Shown: piece by piece, positions 59,923-64,000 of the stretch | How positions within the stretch are numbered: position 1 is the first letter of the stretch | Layout of the letters: every line of letters begins with the position of its first letter | From: Blastocladiella emersonii ATCC 22665 | Taxonomy: Eukaryota > Fungi > Blastocladiomycota | Direction of reading: 5' to 3' | DNA length: 64,000 nucleotides | Assembly: GCA_025594325.1 (NCBI GenBank) | Contig: JANHCV010000009.1 | Coordinates: 620,001 to 684,000, forward strand | Made by a program: the position numbers and the translations under genes | Notes under the pieces: generated by a model | The model's database searches: none | Told to the model about the DNA's origin: nothing | Seen by the model: only the letters and a program-made list of their open reading frames with translations

Positions 59923-62274
59923 CTACCACTCATCTTCGTCGAGTTGAAGCATGAACTGCTCGGGCTTGGGACCACAGTAGCTGTAGACCATGCAGCTGCG
60001 CCCATTGCACTTGCGGCGACGCTTGGTCACAAGCAGAGCCCCAGGATCTTCAGGGGTCGGATGAACATAACCGCTCAGAACAGTTCCGAATTTGGTCAGC
60101 GAGTCGACGCGGTGCCCAGGGAAACGCTTTTGAACGTATCTTGTGTACATGTCGTAGAGATCCTCGATTTCCATGGATTGGACGACTTTCACGCGGCCTA
60201 TGCCCATGAGGTTGTCAGGGAAGCCGCCATAAGTGAGAAACTCCTGCACGAACGCAGGGATAGGTGCCAGCGTGGCTTGCACCATACGATCGCGGTCCTC
60301 GTTTCGGGGGAAGTTCTGGAGGCTGATTCCGGGAAGCTGTAGGCGCAAAAAGTACGTGTAGATCTCGTCCGCGTGATCCCGGGTAAACTCGAACAGTTGC
60401 TTGAAATAGGTCTCGTTGTTTCGGTACCGGTTACTCACCTCAAGAACAAATGCGCGACGCCCAGTCGAAGTGAGGGGCAGAGGGTCAGGGTGGTTCGTTG
60501 TGACAACGAAGTTGTTGACGTTTTGCACCGTGTACCGGCGCACGTGCTTCTCATTGATGGTGGAAGTGGGTTCGGTGATCATGTTTTTGAGCTGATCAAA
60601 GGCGTCCATAAAGTCGCCCTTTTTGTTGGCGCCCATTTCTTCGAGCGTCACCAGCATCTTGTTCTCAATCACTGCGTTGAACTGCCCGTGGAGGAAGGCG
60701 GTGGGATTGTTGATCTCGGTGGTGTACTTTGGGCCCAGGATGTGATTGGAGAGGAGCTTGTGGAACATGCTCTTGCCAGTGCCTTCAAGGCCAGTAATAA
60801 CAAGCATTACGCCATTTGCCTCGCCAGTGGTGAGAAGCGCCTTGATCCACTTGAGCACGTACGTGTACTCGCAATCACGAGAGCGGCAAATGACGTCTTT
60901 GAGAAAGTCAAGGTAGACCTTCACTTCGTCCCGGGCAACATCGCGGCCAAGGTCAATTGCCGCCATCCCCGAAAATGCGTTGTGGTGGTCGAAAACGAGT
61001 CCATTTTGGTGGACCGTACCCCACTGCGGCTCCTTGATGCTGAAAATGCGCTTCTTGACCTGAGGCGCGAACTCGAGGGCGGCATTGTTGATGACCATTT
61101 TGACAATCTTATCAGGCACGTTCACGTCCCAGTCGTCTGCAAGGCTGCGGCGGAAAAAGTACTCGCCGGTTTGCAGATCCTTGCGAGAGAACTCGCCAAT
61201 GTACTTTGTGAGGACCTTGCTCCACGAATTCTCGTTCTCGCTCACCTTGGCCGCTAATTCGCCCTCGGTCAACTCGACGTTGGCCGCCTTTAACTCGTTC
61301 TCCGTCGTCTCGTCGATTTTTTTTAGGTGGCCGAGGACCTTTCGCACCAACTCCATGTTGTAGAGCGGGTCCTGCTCCAACATTTGGGCAACATAGTTGG
61401 CAGGGTCCTTGCAGTAAGCGGGCCACCTGTCATACTTTGGTGCGACCTTGGTGCCAGTGGTCACCTCCTTCTCGTCCCACTTGACATCAAAACCAGTTGC
61501 AGCCAGAGTGTCGGCAGACATTTTGTCAAGCAGCTCCGGGTTGACGCGATCGTCCTTTTTGACCATGAACCCGTCAAACATGAGAACGCTGGGCTGCAGG
61601 CCGTTATCGCGAGCAAAGTCCACGGCGCGCATCAGGATAATTGACTCGACAGCCTGGAACATGTTGGACAGAACCGAGCCCTTGTTCATAACCGTATCGC
61701 CGCGTTTCTTCGAGGCCTTGACAACCTGAGGAAATTCGGCCGCAAGCTGCGGGTAAACTACCTTGTAGAGCATGTCGTGAAACCGCTGGACTTCGGGGTG
61801 AACCTCGTTATACAGGTGCTCGCTGAAGAGCAGAGCGAGAAAGTCCAGCTTGTTCTTGAAGCCGTATTTGGGCAGCGCCGCAGTCCGGTCTGAGATGTAG
61901 AGGTCCAGCACGTCGTTCTGCAAGCCGTAATAGTGCAGGATACCGCGGTAGATCGAAGGTGCAGCAGCGACCATGTCGAGATCTTGCAGGACGCCGTGGG
62001 CAAGCGGGTTGCGGTACAGCTCCTTGCTGAGGTTCTGCAACGAAGTGGAGGTCGCGTACAGACGGCCGAACTTCTTCTCGACTGTCTTTGAAGCTGACTT
62101 GAACGTGTACACCGTTTCCTTGCCCTCGCCATAGACCGAGTTGAAGAGCGTCAGGTACTTCTTAAGCATCTTCTTGTCCTCGGCTGGAACGCCAGAGTAC
62201 CGCCTGCAAAAGCTTTTGAGCACGTCGATATTGACGAACTCGCGCAGAACGACCTGGCGCGTGTCGTCAAACAT
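59923..62274 (-). CDS. TVpol (family A DNA polymerase-like primase-polymerase) fused to D5-like SF3 helicase; intronless, ~783 aa from the first ATG
   Basis: Polymerase: FGRLY...LQ.L...R..L....DLDMVAAAP and Q.VE..IL...SVLMFDGFMV. Helicase: Walker A GLEGTGKS, Walker B VTLEE, motif C FVVTTN, arginine finger GRR. Confidence 0.85.
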   Translation of the reverse strand: MFDDTRQVVLREFVNIDVLKSFCRRYSGVPAEDKKMLKKYLTLFNSVYGEGKETVYTFKSASKTVEKKFGRLYATSTSLQNLSKELYRNPLAHGVLQDLDMVAAAPSIYRGILHYYGLQNDVLDLYISDRTAALPKYGFKNKLDFLALLFSEHLYNEVHPEVQRFHDMLYKVVYPQLAAEFPQVVKASKKRGDTVMNKGSVLSNMFQAVESIILMRAVDFARDNGLQPSVLMFDGFMVKKDDRVNPELLDKMSADTLAATGFDVKWDEKEVTTGTKVAPKYDRWPAYCKDPANYVAQMLEQDPLYNMELVRKVLGHLKKIDETTENELKAANVELTEGELAAKVSENENSWSKVLTKYIGEFSRKDLQTGEYFFRRSLADDWDVNVPDKIVKMVINNAALEFAPQVKKRIFSIKEPQWGTVHQNGLVFDHHNAFSGMAAIDLGRDVARDEVKVYLDFLKDVICRSRDCEYTYVLKWIKALLTTGEANGVMLVITGLEGTGKSMFHKLLSNHILGPKYTTEINNPTAFLHGQFNAVIENKMLVTLEEMGANKKGDFMDAFDQLKNMITEPTSTINEKHVRRYTVQNVNNFVVTTNHPDPLPLTSTGRRAFVLEVSNRYRNNETYFKQLFEFTRDHADEIYTYFLRLQLPGISLQNFPRNEDRDRMVQATLAPIPAFVQEFLTYGGFPDNLMGIGRVKVVQSMEIEDLYDMYTRYVQKRFPGHRVDSLTKFGTVLSGYVHPTPEDPGALLVTKRRRKCNGRSCMVYSYCGPKPEQFMLQLDEDEW

Positions 62275-64000
62275 TGCGTTGATGCTCTTGAGGGTTGAGG
62301 CGCATCGCAAATCGCGGATCACAAATTGTGCGGCCAGCTGCAAATTTGCACTCAATTCTTGGGCCGGGTCGGGTGAGGGTCGAAATCGCAAATAAAGATT
62401 TCCGGTCAATGCGATACATGAGCGTGATGGGTGAGGTCAGGGGGATTTTTTGCTGGTGGTCGTGGTGGTTGTAGTCGCCCTTGAAGTAAGTTGGACTTTT
62501 CACCACAACGGCTCAGTCGATTGCACTGTTCTCGACGGTGATGAACTGATCGTGGTGAGAGCTACAAAAGAGCTAATTAAGCGTTGGGGTGGTTGGAAGC
62601 CGGGTGTCAAGAAAAAAATGGCAATCGGATTCTCAACGCTAACACACCGCCGGGGTTGATTCGAGAAGCTAACCTCGAAAGTCGTTCCTGCGCAACGGAG
62701 TGAAGGATTTGACTCGCGGAAATATTTTTAGCGCTCAGAGGAGCATGGAAACGATAGACACTGTTTGAATTCATGGGGTCGCAAATCGAGTACATCATCC
62801 AATCCAGAGGGTAAACAGGCTTTCTCCTGGCGGCAAACTGGTCAACTACCTTACCTCTACCTCGGTAGATAAACTTGTTTTCCTGGCCGGGATTGCAGTT
62901 TACAGAGGGCGAAATCTGCGTTCGCCTGAAGGGGTTTGCGGCGCGCATGCTGTTGCGGATTGCGCTCGCGGATCGAGCTTATTAGGTGGACGCCTACCGG
63001 CGTGGCAAGCCAAGCGGCTAAGAAGAGTTCGGAGTTCTCCAACAACTGTCTGAGCGTGATCGCATGCTGGTTTAACTCGTACAAGTTGACGAGAGCGAGC
63101 GAGTGAAGGACCGCTTCCGCTAGCACGAATGGACAACAATTGCCAGCCTCGAGTAAAGCTGGTGAGCCCTGGTACTTGGCTTGCTCACAAGTCAGCGCTT
63201 CTGCAATAGCGCGCGGGACGGTCGCTCAACCAGTGAAGCGCGTCCACGGCGCTGAACCGGCACGTTGCAAATCTTTCCAGACTTGAATGAGGTGCATGCG
63301 ATCCAGTCGGTGCGATTGAGCGCCTGGAACGCATCAAAGGCCACTTCAGAGAGTTGCGAATGGTGCTATTCCTTTGCTTGAACACAGGGTCGCGGAACGG
63401 CCATGCTCGAGCTGCCTCTGACGCTGGTGGAACATGTAACACCGCGTGATCGAGCTTCACTATCTGCCACGCGACACTTTTAGAGTTGAAACGCGACGTG
63501 AACGTTTCCAGCTTCATGGTAGAGTCATGGATCAGTAGGCGACATTCCGTTCGTCACTCAAGGGCGGGTCTCCGACTTTGCGAGCGGCCCTATCAACTAG
63601 CTGAAGCTGCCGGCGGTCAAATCAAAAGCGGACATGACTTCTTCTGATGCGCTGGGAGCGACAGGCGCGGCTCGTCAGCGGCTGGCGGTGCCTGTGTTAC
63701 GGGTTCGGCGCGGCGCTCGAATCGCGCAAGAATACATAAACTAAGCGCAATTTGGAAGAAGTCCATGTGTTTAAGACATTGCATCAAGTGGTATCTGCAG
63801 CATACGTAAACTATGCCCGGAAGGTGGAGGGAGCAACTGAGTGAGCTGTGGCAGGCGTGTGAACTCCATCGTCCGAAGCCACCGCAGGGCCATGTTGGCC
63901 ACGTCCGTTCACGCTTGGCCTGCGAGCTCGTCCAGGCGCAAGATCCCCTCAAAACGCGATGAATGACCTTTGCGGCTCGCTTGAGAACCTCGCGTGAGCT

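Larger units (their letters stand above)
57207..64000. mobile_element. Probable endogenous virus-like / Polinton-like-virus-type element, partial; right boundary not seen
   Basis: Abrupt junction at 57207, visibly lower GC than host genes, repeat field and intronless TVpol-SF3 helicase. No capsid, packaging ATPase or integrase recognised within the window. Confidence 0.6.

Noticed and set aside
62275-62409. TTG-initiated N-terminal extension of the TVpol ORF
   Set aside because: A non-ATG start is unlikely in a eukaryotic context; family-like sequence begins after the ATG at 62274.

Overview
Eukaryotic, very GC-rich, intron-containing fungal DNA. Introns are short, with GTACGY donors, a CTGAC branch point and YAG acceptors. 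Flagellar genes (LRRC56-like, SAXO4/PPP1R32-like) and an 'LDWW..SGL' ankyrin-type fragment suggest a zoosporic fungus, probably Blastocladiomycota (inference). Most long ORFs in the supplied track are antisense or off-frame shadows of real genes. Host genes: SSR4-like, LRRC56-like, SAXO4-like, a PH-domain protein, an orphan multi-pass (~7TM) protein, ICE2/NARG2-like, U2AF large subunit, a PZP/PHD + DUF4451 gene, family X DNA polymerase, an NTF2/SnoaL-like protein and a HAM1-like (DUF4449) protein. Accessory content: (1) a 7,021-bp Ty1/copia element (8560-15580) with identical 325-bp LTRs, a GAATA TSD, non-canonical AG...CT termini, a half-tRNAiMet PBS and a CpG-hypermutated pol; (2) a four-copy tandem array of an orphan F-box-like family, two copies intact and two decayed; (3) a 297-bp MITE inserted in frame inside a coding exon; (4) a 2,471-bp near-perfect inverted duplication enclosing three paralogous orphan ORFs; (5) directly next to it, a lower-GC island with a ~2.3-kb field of iteron-like repeats and an intronless TVpol (family A polymerase-like) / SF3 helicase gene, i.e. 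a probable endogenous virus- or Polinton-like-virus replicon that may continue past the window end. All family assignments are from motif recognition by eye; no database search was run.
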